Source: Candidatus Eiseniibacteriota bacterium (GTDB lineage: Bacteria > Eisenbacteria > RBG-16-71-46). Taken from it: 64,000 nt of DNA. The position numbers and the translations under genes are program-made. The stretch covers positions 160,001 to 224,000 of the forward strand of contig CAVQXP010000002.1 in assembly GCA_963717935.1 (NCBI GenBank), in the 5' to 3' direction. Numbering within the stretch: position 1 is the first letter of the stretch; each line of letters opens with the position of its first letter. The notes under the pieces are model-generated. The model saw nothing but the letters and a program-made list of their open reading frames with translations, did no database searches and was not told where the DNA came from. Positions 1-9,259 of the stretch are shown in pieces.

Positions 1-2
1 GC

Positions 3-1130
3 GTCTACATGGTGGCGCGCACGCACGTCCTGTTCCAGCTCGCGCCCGTCTCGCTCGAGGTCGTGGCCTGGGTCGGCGCCGCCACCGCGCTGTTCGCCGC
101 CACCATCGGGCTCGCGCAGAACGACATCAAGCGCGTGCTCGCCTACTCGACCGTGAGCCAGCTCGGCTACATGTTCCTGGCCTGCGGCGTGGGCGCGTTC
201 ACGGCCGGCATCTTCCACCTGATGACGCACGCCTTCTTCAAGGCGCTGCTGTTCCTCGGCGCCGGCTCGGTGATCCACGCGCTCTCGGACGAGCAGGACA
301 TGCGCCGCATGGGCGGCCTCGCCGCGCGGCTGCCATGGACCCACGGCACCATGCTGGTGGCCACGCTCGCGATCGCCGGCATCCCGCCCTTCGCCGGGTT
401 CTTCAGCAAGGACGAGATCCTCTCGAGCGCCTTCTTCAGCGGGCACGTCGCGATCTGGATCCTGGGCCTGGCGGGCGCGGTGTTGACCGCGTTCTACATG
501 TTCCGGCTCTACCTGCTGACCTTCCGCGGCCGTTCGCGGCTGACGCACGAGGCCGAGCACCACCTGCACGAGTCGCCGCCCGCGATGATCGTGCCGCTCT
601 TCGTGCTCGCGGTGCTCTCGGTGGTGGGCGGCCTGGTGGGCCCGCCGCTCGTGGAGGGCGGCCACCCGTTCGCGCGCTGGCTCGCGCCGGTGTTCGCCTC
701 CGGCGCCCACGAGGGCGCCCGCGCCGCGGCCCACGAGGTCCCCGTGGCCACCGAGTGGATGCTCATCGGGCTGTCGGTGCTGGTCGCCGCGGCGGGCATC
801 GCCTTCGCGTTCCGCGCCTACCTGTGGAGCCCGGAGACCGCGACGCGCCTGCGCGAGCGCCTGGCCGGCGTGCACGACGTGCTCCTGAACAAGTACTGGG
901 TGGACGAACTGTACGAGCGGGCCGTGGTGCGCCCCGTCCACCGCACGGCCGAGGCGTTCTGGCGGTTCTGGGACACGAAGGTCGTGGACGGCATCGTCAA
1001 CGGCGTCGGCGTCACGCTGGAGGGGGTCTCGGCCGTGCTGCGCCTGTTCCAGACCGGCTTCGTCGGCACCTACGCGCTATTCTTCACGCTGGGTGTGGTC
1101 GCCCTGCTCCTCCATTTCCTGAGGCACTAG
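3..1130 (+). CDS. nuoL: NADH-quinone oxidoreductase subunit L (5'-partial)
   Basis: DIKRVLAYSTVSQLGYM, HLMTHAFFKALLFL and GFFSKDEIL motifs; the frame is open to the window start. Confidence 0.96.
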   Translation, partial: VYMVARTHVLFQLAPVSLEVVAWVGAATALFAATIGLAQNDIKRVLAYSTVSQLGYMFLACGVGAFTAGIFHLMTHAFFKALLFLGAGSVIHALSDEQDMRRMGGLAARLPWTHGTMLVATLAIAGIPPFAGFFSKDEILSSAFFSGHVAIWILGLAGAVLTAFYMFRLYLLTFRGRSRLTHEAEHHLHESPPAMIVPLFVLAVLSVVGGLVGPPLVEGGHPFARWLAPVFASGAHEGARAAAHEVPVATEWMLIGLSVLVAAAGIAFAFRAYLWSPETATRLRERLAGVHDVLLNKYWVDELYERAVVRPVHRTAEAFWRFWDTKVVDGIVNGVGVTLEGVSAVLRLFQTGFVGTYALFFTLGVVALLLHFLRH

Positions 1131-1133
1131 CCC

Positions 1134-2687
1134 GTGAACTTCCCCTGGCTCTCCTGGCTCGTCTTCCTCCCGCTCGCGGGGGCCGTGCTGCTCCTGGCCA
1201 CGCCCGCCGCGGCCGATCGGTGGCACCGGCGCTGGGCCACGACCGTGGCGCTGGCCGAGTTCGCGCTGTCGCTGCCGCTGTGGTGGCGGGTCATCCCCTG
1301 GCAGCCGGGCTGGCAGCTGGTCGAGAAGCGCGCGTGGCTGCCGGCGCTCGGGGCGCAGTACTACCTGGGCGTGGACGGCATCAGCATGCTTCTCGTGCTG
1401 CTCACCACGCTCATGACCGTGGTCGCGATCATCGGGGCGTTCGGCGCGGTCCGGGAGCGCACGCGCGAGTTCTACGCGCTGTTGCTGGCGCTCGAGGCCG
1501 GGATGATCGGCACCTTCCTCGCGCTCGACCTGCTGCTCTTCTACGTGTTCTGGGAGGCCATGCTCATCCCCATGTACCTGCTGATCGGGGCCTGGGGCGG
1601 GCAGCGCCGCGTCTACGCCGCGGTCAAGTTCTTCCTCTACACCATGGCGGGCAGCGTGCTGATGCTGGTCGCGATCCTCTCGCTCTACTTCATGCAGAAG
1701 GGGCTGACCGGCGTGCCCACCTTCGAGCTCGACGCCTTCTACGCCATGCCGCTGGCGCCCGCGTCGCAGGTCTGGCTGTTCCTGGCGTTCGCGCTGGCCT
1801 TCGCCATCAAGGTGCCGATGTTCCCGTTCCACACCTGGCTGCCCGACGCGCACGTCGAGGCGCCGACCGCGGGCTCGGTCATCCTGGCGGCCGTGCTCCT
1901 GAAGATGGGCACCTACGGCTACCTGCGCTTCGCCATCCCGCTCTTCCCGACGGCCTCGATCCAGTTCACGCCGTGGATCGTGGCGCTCGCGCTGATCGGC
2001 ATCGTCTACGGGGCGCTGGTCTCGATGGTGCAGCCCGACCTGAAGAAGCTCGTGGCCTACTCGTCGGTGAGCCACCTGGGCTTCTGCATGCTGGGGCTCT
2101 ACGCCATGAACCCGCAGGGCTTCGCGGGCTCGATGATGCAGATGCTGAGCCACGGCGTCTCGACGGGGGCGCTGTTCCTCCTCGTGGGCGTCGTCTACGA
2201 GCGCCGCCACACCCGGCTCATCGCCGACTTCGGCGGGCTGTGGAAGCCGCTTCCGGTCTACTCCGCCATCTTCCTGGTGGTGATGCTCTCGTCGATCGGC
2301 CTGCCCGGCACGAACGGCTTCGTGGGCGAGTTCCTGGTGCTGCTCGGGGCCTTCCGCGCGAACTGGTGGTGGGCCGCGATCGCCGCGACCGGGGTGATCC
2401 TCTCGGCCTGCTACATGCTGTGGATGTTCCAGCGCGTGGCCTTCGGGCCCGTCACGCACGAGGAGAACCGGGACCTCAAGGACCTCTCGCTGCGCGAGCG
2501 GCTGGTGTTCGCGCCGCTGCTCATCCTCATCTTCTGGATGGGCGTGATGCCGCAGCCGTTCCTCGACCGCATGCAGCCGGCGCTGAACCGCACGCTCGAG
2601 CTCTCGAAGCAGCGCGTCGCGGCGGCCGCGGCCATGCACACGCTGCCCGGGGCGTTCTTCCAGCTGCCGGCCGGAGGTGAGCGATGA
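1134..2687 (+). CDS. nuoM: NADH-quinone oxidoreductase subunit M
   Basis: FYVFWE, KVPMFPFHTWLPDAHVEAPT and LKKLVAYSSVSH motifs; lies between nuoL and nuoN. Confidence 0.97.
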   Translation: MNFPWLSWLVFLPLAGAVLLLATPAAADRWHRRWATTVALAEFALSLPLWWRVIPWQPGWQLVEKRAWLPALGAQYYLGVDGISMLLVLLTTLMTVVAIIGAFGAVRERTREFYALLLALEAGMIGTFLALDLLLFYVFWEAMLIPMYLLIGAWGGQRRVYAAVKFFLYTMAGSVLMLVAILSLYFMQKGLTGVPTFELDAFYAMPLAPASQVWLFLAFALAFAIKVPMFPFHTWLPDAHVEAPTAGSVILAAVLLKMGTYGYLRFAIPLFPTASIQFTPWIVALALIGIVYGALVSMVQPDLKKLVAYSSVSHLGFCMLGLYAMNPQGFAGSMMQMLSHGVSTGALFLLVGVVYERRHTRLIADFGGLWKPLPVYSAIFLVVMLSSIGLPGTNGFVGEFLVLLGAFRANWWWAAIAATGVILSACYMLWMFQRVAFGPVTHEENRDLKDLSLRERLVFAPLLILIFWMGVMPQPFLDRMQPALNRTLELSKQRVAAAAAMHTLPGAFFQLPAGGER

Positions 2688-4150
2688 GCGTGCTCCCCGC
2701 GCCGTTCCTGCTGCCGGTGGACTGGTGGGCGCTGGGCGCCGTGCTGGCCCTGAGCGTGGGCGCCATGCTGCTCCTGCTGCTGGAGTTCCGGCCGGCGAGG
2801 TCGGGGTCCAGCCGCGCGGCGGTGGTGGCGCTGGCGGCGCTCGCCGTCTCCGCCGTGGCCGCGACGGTGACGCGCGACGCCCGGCGCACCCTTTTCGGCG
2901 GCATGTTCGTGCACGACGGGTTCACGGTCTTCTTCACGCTGCTGTTCTGCGCCATCGGGGCGTTCGCGGTGCTGCTGTCGTGGGACTATGTCAAGCGCAC
3001 GCGCATCAACCACGCCGAGTACTACGCGCTGCTGCTGTGCGCCACCCTCGGCATGGTCCTGATGGCCGGCTCGAACGACCTCATCACCGTCTTCCTCGGC
3101 CTCGAGCTGATGTCGCTCGCGCTCTACGTGCTGGTGGGCTTCCGGCGCAACCGGCTCGAGTCGAACGAGGCGGCGCTCAAGTACTTCCTGCTCGGCGCCT
3201 TTGCGAGCGGCTTCTTCCTCTACGGCATCGCGCTGCTCTACGGCGCCACCGGCACCACGAGCCTCTCGAAGATAGCCGAGTTCCTGGCCGCCTCGCCCCT
3301 GCGCCCGAACCCGCTGCTGCTCACCGGCGGGCTGCTGCTGCTGGTCGGCTTCTTCTTCAAGGTGGCGGCGGTGCCCTTCCACATGTGGACGCCCGACGCC
3401 TACGAGGGCGCGCCCACGTCGGTGACGGCCTTCATGTCGGTGGGGGCGAAGGCCGCGGCCTTCGCCGCGCTGCTGCGCTTCGGCCTGCGGGCGCTGGGTG
3501 GCTTCCCGGCGGAGTGGGTCCCGGTGCTGAGCGCCGTGGCGATGCTCACCATGACCGTGGGCAACGTCACCGCGCTGCTCCAGAACAACCTCAAGCGCAT
3601 GCTGGCGTACTCGAGCATCGCCCACGCTGGCTACGTGCTGGTGGCCGTGGCGGCGGGCGGGCCCGACGGGGCATCGGCCGCGCTCTTCTACCTGGCGGTC
3701 TACTCGGTCATGAACCTGGGAGCCTTCGGCGTGCTCACGATCCTCGGCCGCGGGGCGCAGGAGCGCGTGCTCATGGCCGACGTCGCGGGCCTGGGCTTCC
3801 GCCGGCCGCTCGTCGGGCTGGCGCTGGCGGCGTTCATGATCTCGCTCGGCGGCATCCCGCCCACGGCCGGCTTCATGGGCAAGGTCACCGTGTTCGCCGC
3901 GGCGCTCAAGGCCGGGCTCCTGCCGCTGGTCATCGTGGGCGTGCTGAACAGCGTGGTGTCGGTCTACTACTATCTGCGCGTGACCGTGGCGATGTACATG
4001 CAGGAGCCGCAGGGCGAGCCGACCGAGGTCTCCTGGGCCGCGCCCGCGGCCGTGGCGATCGTGCTGGCGCTGGCGCTCACGCTCTGGTGGGGCGTGCAGG
4101 CCGGCGGCCTGCTCGCGCAGGCGCAGCGCTCGGTGCTCTGGCTGCTGTAG
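2684..4150 (+). CDS. nuoN: NADH-quinone oxidoreductase subunit N
   Basis: EAALKYFLLG, PFHMWTPDAYEGAPT and KRMLAYSSIAH motifs; ATGA overlap with nuoM. Confidence 0.97.
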   Translation: MSVLPAPFLLPVDWWALGAVLALSVGAMLLLLLEFRPARSGSSRAAVVALAALAVSAVAATVTRDARRTLFGGMFVHDGFTVFFTLLFCAIGAFAVLLSWDYVKRTRINHAEYYALLLCATLGMVLMAGSNDLITVFLGLELMSLALYVLVGFRRNRLESNEAALKYFLLGAFASGFFLYGIALLYGATGTTSLSKIAEFLAASPLRPNPLLLTGGLLLLVGFFFKVAAVPFHMWTPDAYEGAPTSVTAFMSVGAKAAAFAALLRFGLRALGGFPAEWVPVLSAVAMLTMTVGNVTALLQNNLKRMLAYSSIAHAGYVLVAVAAGGPDGASAALFYLAVYSVMNLGAFGVLTILGRGAQERVLMADVAGLGFRRPLVGLALAAFMISLGGIPPTAGFMGKVTVFAAALKAGLLPLVIVGVLNSVVSVYYYLRVTVAMYMQEPQGEPTEVSWAAPAAVAIVLALALTLWWGVQAGGLLAQAQRSVLWLL

Positions 4151-4177
4151 CGAAGGCCCGCAGGGGACGGACTGGCT

Positions 4178-5422
4178 TCAGGGGCTCTCCTGCGGCCATC
4201 GCAACAGCAGGGCCCGCGCCGCGTCGCCCGGCTCGAGACTCCCCGCTTCCTCGGGCACGACCACCAGCGCATGCGCGCGGGACTGGGGCGTGAGGTAGCC
4301 GGAGACCTGGGGGCCGGCGGGCGCCGCCCACCAGCCGCCGTCGCGCCGCGAGAGCGTGGCGCGAGCGAAGTCCCGGCGCCCGGCCCGCGAGCCGAAGGAC
4401 GCCGCAGCGCGCACGTCGAGCCAGGGGCGCTCGAGCCCGGAGAAGCCCTGGAGTTTCCGCAGCGCGGGCCTCACCAGGGTCTCGAAGACGCACGCCACCG
4501 AGCCGGGATTGCCGGGCAGTCCGAAGAAGAGCCTGCCGCCCGGCGTGCCGAAGGCCTGCGGCCTGCCCGGCCTCATCGCGACCTGCCACAGCTCGACGTC
4601 CCCGATCGCGTCCAGGCTGAGCTTCACCGGGTCGTGGTCCCCGGCCGAGACGCCGCCGATGGTGAGCACGGTGTCCGCGAGCGCGAGCGCGTCGCGGATG
4701 GCGGCCGTCACCGCGGCGACGTCGTCGGGCAGGCGACGACGCCAGGCGACCGTGCAGCCGCACTCCTCCAGCAGGGCCGCCAGTTGCGTCGTGTTGCTCT
4801 CGCGGATGGCGCCGGGCCGGAGCGGCTCGAGGGGCGCCAGCAGTTCGTCGCCGGTCGACAGGAGGGCCACCGCGGGCCGCACGCCGACCGGGACCTCTGC
4901 GAATCCGAGCGCGGCGAGCAACGCGAGGTCGTGCGGGGAGAGCTCCTGCCCTGCGGCGAGCGCGATCGCGCCCGCCGGCAGGTCCGCCGCCGCGGGACGG
5001 ACGCAGTCGCCACGGGCCACGGGCCCCGCGACGCGGACCCGGGCGGGCGCCTCGAGACCCTCGGCATCCTCGAAGGGGATCACGGCGTCGGCGCCCTGCG
5101 GCAGCATGGCGCCCGTCATGATGCGCATGGCCTCGCCGGGGCCCAGCGGACGGGAGGGCACGCGCCCGGCGGAGAGGACCTCGACCACCGCCAGCGTCAC
5201 GGGAGCGGCCGCCGTGGCGCCCGCGAGGTCGGCCGAGCGCGTCGCCCAGCCATCCATGGAGGCGTTGTCGAAGGGCGGGAGCGGATGCGGCGCCGTCAGC
5301 GTCTCGCGCAGGGCGCGCCCGCGGGCGGCCGCCAGGCTCACGCGCTCGACTGGCCCCGGGCGCACGGCCGCGAGCACGCGCTCCCGCGCCTCGGCGTACG
5401 AGAGGGAGCGGGGAGCGGTCAT
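4178..5422 (-). CDS. moeA: Molybdopterin molybdotransferase
   Basis: PPFDNASMDG, IMTGAMLP, STGDEL, GGVSAGDHD and LPGNP motifs. Confidence 0.95.
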   Translation of the reverse strand: MTAPRSLSYAEARERVLAAVRPGPVERVSLAAARGRALRETLTAPHPLPPFDNASMDGWATRSADLAGATAAAPVTLAVVEVLSAGRVPSRPLGPGEAMRIMTGAMLPQGADAVIPFEDAEGLEAPARVRVAGPVARGDCVRPAAADLPAGAIALAAGQELSPHDLALLAALGFAEVPVGVRPAVALLSTGDELLAPLEPLRPGAIRESNTTQLAALLEECGCTVAWRRRLPDDVAAVTAAIRDALALADTVLTIGGVSAGDHDPVKLSLDAIGDVELWQVAMRPGRPQAFGTPGGRLFFGLPGNPGSVACVFETLVRPALRKLQGFSGLERPWLDVRAAASFGSRAGRRDFARATLSRRDGGWWAAPAGPQVSGYLTPQSRAHALVVVPEEAGSLEPGDAARALLLRWPQESP

Positions 5423-5461
5423 CGCGTGCTGGGTCCGGCGGCGGGCGGATGCGACGGGGTC

Positions 5462-5941
5462 TCAGCGCCGGCGGTAGACGCCACTGCGCCCCCCGCGCTT
5501 CTCCCAGAGCGCGAACTCGCCCATCACCATGCCGCGGTCCACCGCCTTGAGCATGTCGTAGAGCGCGAGCGCGGCCACCGTGACCGCGGTGAGCGCCTCC
5601 ATCTCGACGCCGGTGCGGCCCCGGGTGCGGACCCGCGACTCGATCTCCACGGCCGGGCTCTCCTCGTCGAAGCGGAAGGCGAGCTCCACGCCGTCGAGGG
5701 CCAGGGCGTGGGCGAGCGGGATCAGCTCGCTCGTGCGCTTGGCGGCCATGACGCCCGCGAGGTGGGCGGTGGCGATGACGTCGCCCTTGGGCGCCCGGCC
5801 CGAGCGCAGCAGGTCGAGTGTGTCGCGGTGCATGAACACCTTGCCGCGCGCGACCGCCTCGCGCAGGGTGACGCGCTTGCCGCTCACGTCCACCATGCGC
5901 GCGCGTCCGGAAGCGTCCAGATGCGAGAGTCTGCGCGCCAT
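5462..5941 (-). CDS. moaC: Cyclic pyranopterin monophosphate synthase
   Basis: LSHLDASGRARMVDVSGK, TGVEMEAL and YDMLKAVD motifs; start 5941 preferred because the ATG at 5953 lies inside the predicted -10. Confidence 0.96.
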   Translation of the reverse strand: MARRLSHLDASGRARMVDVSGKRVTLREAVARGKVFMHRDTLDLLRSGRAPKGDVIATAHLAGVMAAKRTSELIPLAHALALDGVELAFRFDEESPAVEIESRVRTRGRTGVEMEALTAVTVAALALYDMLKAVDRGMVMGEFALWEKRGGRSGVYRRR

Positions 5942-5946
5942 GCGGC

Positions 5947-5978
5947 TTGACATTAGGTAGACCCCTCCGTAGTGTCAA
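5947..5978. promoter_or_regulatory. Overlapping divergent sigma70-type promoters
   Basis: + strand TTGACA(5947-52)-N17-TAGTGT(5970-75); - strand TTGACA(5978-73)-N17-TAATGT(5955-50). Confidence 0.7.
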
Positions 5979-5994
5979 TCGCTCGAAGCCCTCC

Positions 5995-6864
5995 ATGCCA
6001 CTCGATCGCGCCCTCCGCCGCCCCGTCTCGACGCGCCACGCCTTCGCGCTGGCGTTCGACCTCACGCTGCTGCGCGACCCGCTCCACTCGCTCGTCGTGC
6101 CGTTCCTGCTGCGCGCGCCCTGGATCCTGGCGGTGCTCCTGCTGCCGGCGACGGGCGAGGGGCGGCCGCTCACGCCGGTGGTGCTGGTGAGCTCGATGGC
6201 CCTGCTGGGGGGCTCGGTCTCGTGGTGGGCGGTGGACGCGATGCTGCGCGTGCGAGCGCGCTCGGTCTACCACACGCCGCACAGCATGCCGCCCGCGCCC
6301 GCGCTCGAGTGCTACGAGCACGGGCTGCGGCGCCTTCCGTGGCTCTACCTGACCGAGTGCGTGCGCGGCTTCGGCCTGGCCCTCGGCTTCGGCATGTTCG
6401 TGCTGCCCGGCGTCTACCTTGCCTACAAGCTTGCCTTCAGCACCGAGGCCGTCGTACTGGATGAGCGGGACATGGCCGGAGCGTTCCAGCACTCGTTCCG
6501 CCTGAGCCGCGGCCGGCTCGAGCGCTGGCTCGAGATGGTCGTGGTCTCCGTGCTGCTGGTGCTCGGGGTGCTCTTCTTCGGCACGGTGCTCTCCCTCGTC
6601 GTCCGCTGGCTCTCCTTCGAGACCTGGAAGACCGTCACGCTCCTGCTGCTGGTCGCGCTGTGGCCCATCTTCCAGTACGCCTGGACGTTCTTCTACCTGC
6701 GACTGATCGAGCTGGAGGAGCCGCGGATGCAGGAGGCCGGCCCCTTCTTCGCGTCGAGCGCGCTGGGTGGCCCGTGGCGTGCCCCCGGGGGCGGCCCGCT
6801 GCGCCTCACGCTGGTGCCGCCGACCCACCCGCTCTCCGAGAAGAACGAGGACGGGACGGCCTGA
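5995..6864 (+). CDS. Hypothetical multi-pass membrane protein
   Basis: Several hydrophobic segments and GC3-biased codons; VLPGVYL...AF..SFRLSRG pattern seen in small membrane-domain families. Confidence 0.75.
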   Translation: MPLDRALRRPVSTRHAFALAFDLTLLRDPLHSLVVPFLLRAPWILAVLLLPATGEGRPLTPVVLVSSMALLGGSVSWWAVDAMLRVRARSVYHTPHSMPPAPALECYEHGLRRLPWLYLTECVRGFGLALGFGMFVLPGVYLAYKLAFSTEAVVLDERDMAGAFQHSFRLSRGRLERWLEMVVVSVLLVLGVLFFGTVLSLVVRWLSFETWKTVTLLLLVALWPIFQYAWTFFYLRLIELEEPRMQEAGPFFASSALGGPWRAPGGGPLRLTLVPPTHPLSEKNEDGTA

Positions 6865-6975
6865 CGCGCCTCGGGCGCCCCCGCGGCGCCTTGCCCCGGA
6901 CACTCCCCGCCCCACCGGCCTTGACCACCCTGACGGGGCGTGGCATTTTGAAACGGTCAAAGGTCGCCTGGGGGT

Positions 6976-8052
6976 ATGACGATGCCCTTCTCCACCGGGG
7001 CGGCCCGTCCGGGCCGGTCCGTTACGGCCGACCCGGCTGGCCGGGACCCCTTCCTGCGCAACATCGTGGGGGCGAGCCCGAAGATGCAGCGCATCTTCCG
7101 GCTCGTGACCAAGGTCGCCCCCACGGACAGCAGCGTCCTGTTGCTGGGGGAGAGCGGCACGGGCAAGGAGTTGATCGCCCGCTCCATCCACCTCCAGTCG
7201 CGGCGGGCAGCCGGCCCCTTCGTGGCCGTCAATGTGGGCGCCCTGCCCGAGTCGCTCATCGAGAGCGAGTTGTTCGGCTACGTGCGCGGGGCCTTCACCG
7301 GGGCTGCCAGCGACCGCGAGGGCCTGGTCGAGAGCGCGGATGGCGGCACCCTCTTCCTCGACGAGATCGGCGACATGCCGCCCACCACCCAGGTGAAGCT
7401 GCTGCGCACCCTCGAGAGCAGCGAGTTGCGCCGCCTCGGGGACAACCACCTGCGGGTGGTGGACATCCGCGTGATCGCTGCCACGCACCGCGACCTGCTG
7501 GCCGAGGCCGGGGCCGGGCGTTTCCGGCAGGATCTCTACTACCGGCTCAACGTGGTCCAGATCGAGTTGCCCCCCCTGCGCGAGCGGCGGGAGGACGTCG
7601 GGTTGCTGGCCTCCTACTTCCTCGACCGCGCGGCGCGGAAGAACGGCCGCCCGCCCATGCGCTTCGCGCCCGAGGTCGAGGACCTGCTCGAGCGTTACGA
7701 CTGGCCGGGCAACGTGCGGGAGCTGGAGAACGCGATCGAGCACGCCGCGGCGGTCACCGAGGGCCCGGTCGTGCGGCCCGCCGACCTGCCCACCGCGGTG
7801 CGCTCGCCGCGCCTGCTCGCACGCGGCAGCGGGGCGGTGACGGCGGCCGCGGCGGCCGCGGTGGCGCCGGACGCGGCCGGGGCCGACGCGCGCGAGGTCT
7901 GGCCGCTCACCCGGGTCGAGGAGGAGCACATCCGCCTCGTGCTCGCGCGCCACCGCGGCAACGCCGCGGCGGCGGCGCGGCAGCTCGGCATCTCGCGCAC
8001 CACGCTGTGGCGGAAGCTCAGGCAATACGGCATCCCGCGCACTTCCGGCTGA
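6976..8052 (+). CDS. Sigma54-dependent transcriptional activator (AAA+ and Fis HTH) lacking an N-terminal sensory domain
   Basis: GESGTGKE, ESELFG, GAFTGA, LFLDEIG, WPGNVRELEN and AARQLGISRTTLWRKL motifs. Confidence 0.93.
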   Translation: MTMPFSTGAARPGRSVTADPAGRDPFLRNIVGASPKMQRIFRLVTKVAPTDSSVLLLGESGTGKELIARSIHLQSRRAAGPFVAVNVGALPESLIESELFGYVRGAFTGAASDREGLVESADGGTLFLDEIGDMPPTTQVKLLRTLESSELRRLGDNHLRVVDIRVIAATHRDLLAEAGAGRFRQDLYYRLNVVQIELPPLRERREDVGLLASYFLDRAARKNGRPPMRFAPEVEDLLERYDWPGNVRELENAIEHAAAVTEGPVVRPADLPTAVRSPRLLARGSGAVTAAAAAAVAPDAAGADAREVWPLTRVEEEHIRLVLARHRGNAAAAARQLGISRTTLWRKLRQYGIPRTSG

Positions 8053-8062
8053 GAGGGGACCC

Positions 8063-9259
8063 ATGGCCTCCGAGCGTCTCTACCACGACGATCCCTACAC
8101 CACGCACTTCCGAGCGCGCGTCGCCGCGGCCGGCGAGCACGCGGGCCGTCCCGCCGTCGAGCTCGAGGCCACCTGCTTCTACCCGGAGGGCGGCGGCCAG
8201 CTGGGCGACCGCGGCACGCTGGGCGGCTTGCGGGTCGTGGACGTGCAGGCCACCGGGGAAGGCCGCATCTGGCACGTGCTGGAGAGCGCGGACGCGCCCG
8301 CGGGCGAGGTGGACGCCGAGGTGGACTGGGCGCGTCGCTTCGACCACATGCAGCAGCACACCGGGCAGCACGTCCTCTCGGCGGCCTTCGAGCGGGTGGC
8401 CGGCGCGCCGACGCTCTCCTCGACGCTGGGGGAGGAGCACAGCGTCGTCGAGGTGGCGCTGGCCGGCGCCGACTGGCGGCTGGTCGAGCGGGTGGAGGAG
8501 GCGGCGAACCGCGTCGTGTGGGAGGACCGCCCGGTTGCGCTCCACTGGGTGGACCCCGGGGAGGTGGGGCGCTTCCAACTGCGCAAGGCGCCGGCCGTGG
8601 CGGGGCGCATCCGGGTCGTCGAGATCCCGGACTGGGACGCCTCGGCCTGCGGCGGTACGCACGTGCGGCGGTCGGGCGAGGTCGGCGCGATCAAGGTCAT
8701 CCGCTGGGAGAAGCTGCGGGGCAACGTGCGCTTCGAGTTCCTGTGCGGGGCTCGCGCCCTGCGCGACCATGCCTGGCGCACCGAAGCGCTGGTCGAGGCG
8801 GCGCGCCGGCGCACGCTCAAGGACCGCGACGTCATCGCGCAGCTGGAGCGCGCCGCAGCCGAGCGCGACGAGCTCAGGAAGGGCCTTGCCGCCCTCACCG
8901 CGCGGCTGATCGAGGCCGAGGCCCGCGAGCGCGTGGGGGTTCCGCCGCAGGGTGTGGCCGGGTTCGATGCGCGGCGTCCGCGCGAGGAGGTGCGCCTGCT
9001 CGCGCTCAAGTCGCTCGAGGCGGGGGCGCCGTGGGTGGCGCTCGGGGCCGCGGAGCCGGACGCGTTCGTGATGGTCGGGAGGGCGAAGCGCCTCACCGCG
9101 GACCTGCGGACGTTGCTCCCGGGGTTGCTGGAGCACGCGCAGGGCAAGGGTGGCGGTTCGCCCGACCTCGTCCAGGTCACGGCGCCGGACGGCAGCAGGG
9201 CAGAGGTGGCGTGGCGCTGGGCCGTCGAGGCCGTGCGCCAGGCGGCGGAGGAGTCTTGA
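8063..9259 (+). CDS. AlaX-family alanyl-tRNA editing protein with C-terminal DHHA1-like domain
   Basis: FYPEGGGQLGD, HMQQHTGQH and CGGTH Zn-binding motifs; C-terminal GKGGG. Confidence 0.9.
   Translation: MASERLYHDDPYTTHFRARVAAAGEHAGRPAVELEATCFYPEGGGQLGDRGTLGGLRVVDVQATGEGRIWHVLESADAPAGEVDAEVDWARRFDHMQQHTGQHVLSAAFERVAGAPTLSSTLGEEHSVVEVALAGADWRLVERVEEAANRVVWEDRPVALHWVDPGEVGRFQLRKAPAVAGRIRVVEIPDWDASACGGTHVRRSGEVGAIKVIRWEKLRGNVRFEFLCGARALRDHAWRTEALVEAARRRTLKDRDVIAQLERAAAERDELRKGLAALTARLIEAEARERVGVPPQGVAGFDARRPREEVRLLALKSLEAGAPWVALGAAEPDAFVMVGRAKRLTADLRTLLPGLLEHAQGKGGGSPDLVQVTAPDGSRAEVAWRWAVEAVRQAAEES

Noticed and set aside
6940..6958. TGGCA as a sigma54 promoter for the activator gene
   Set aside because: No GC at the -12 position (GG-N10-CG)
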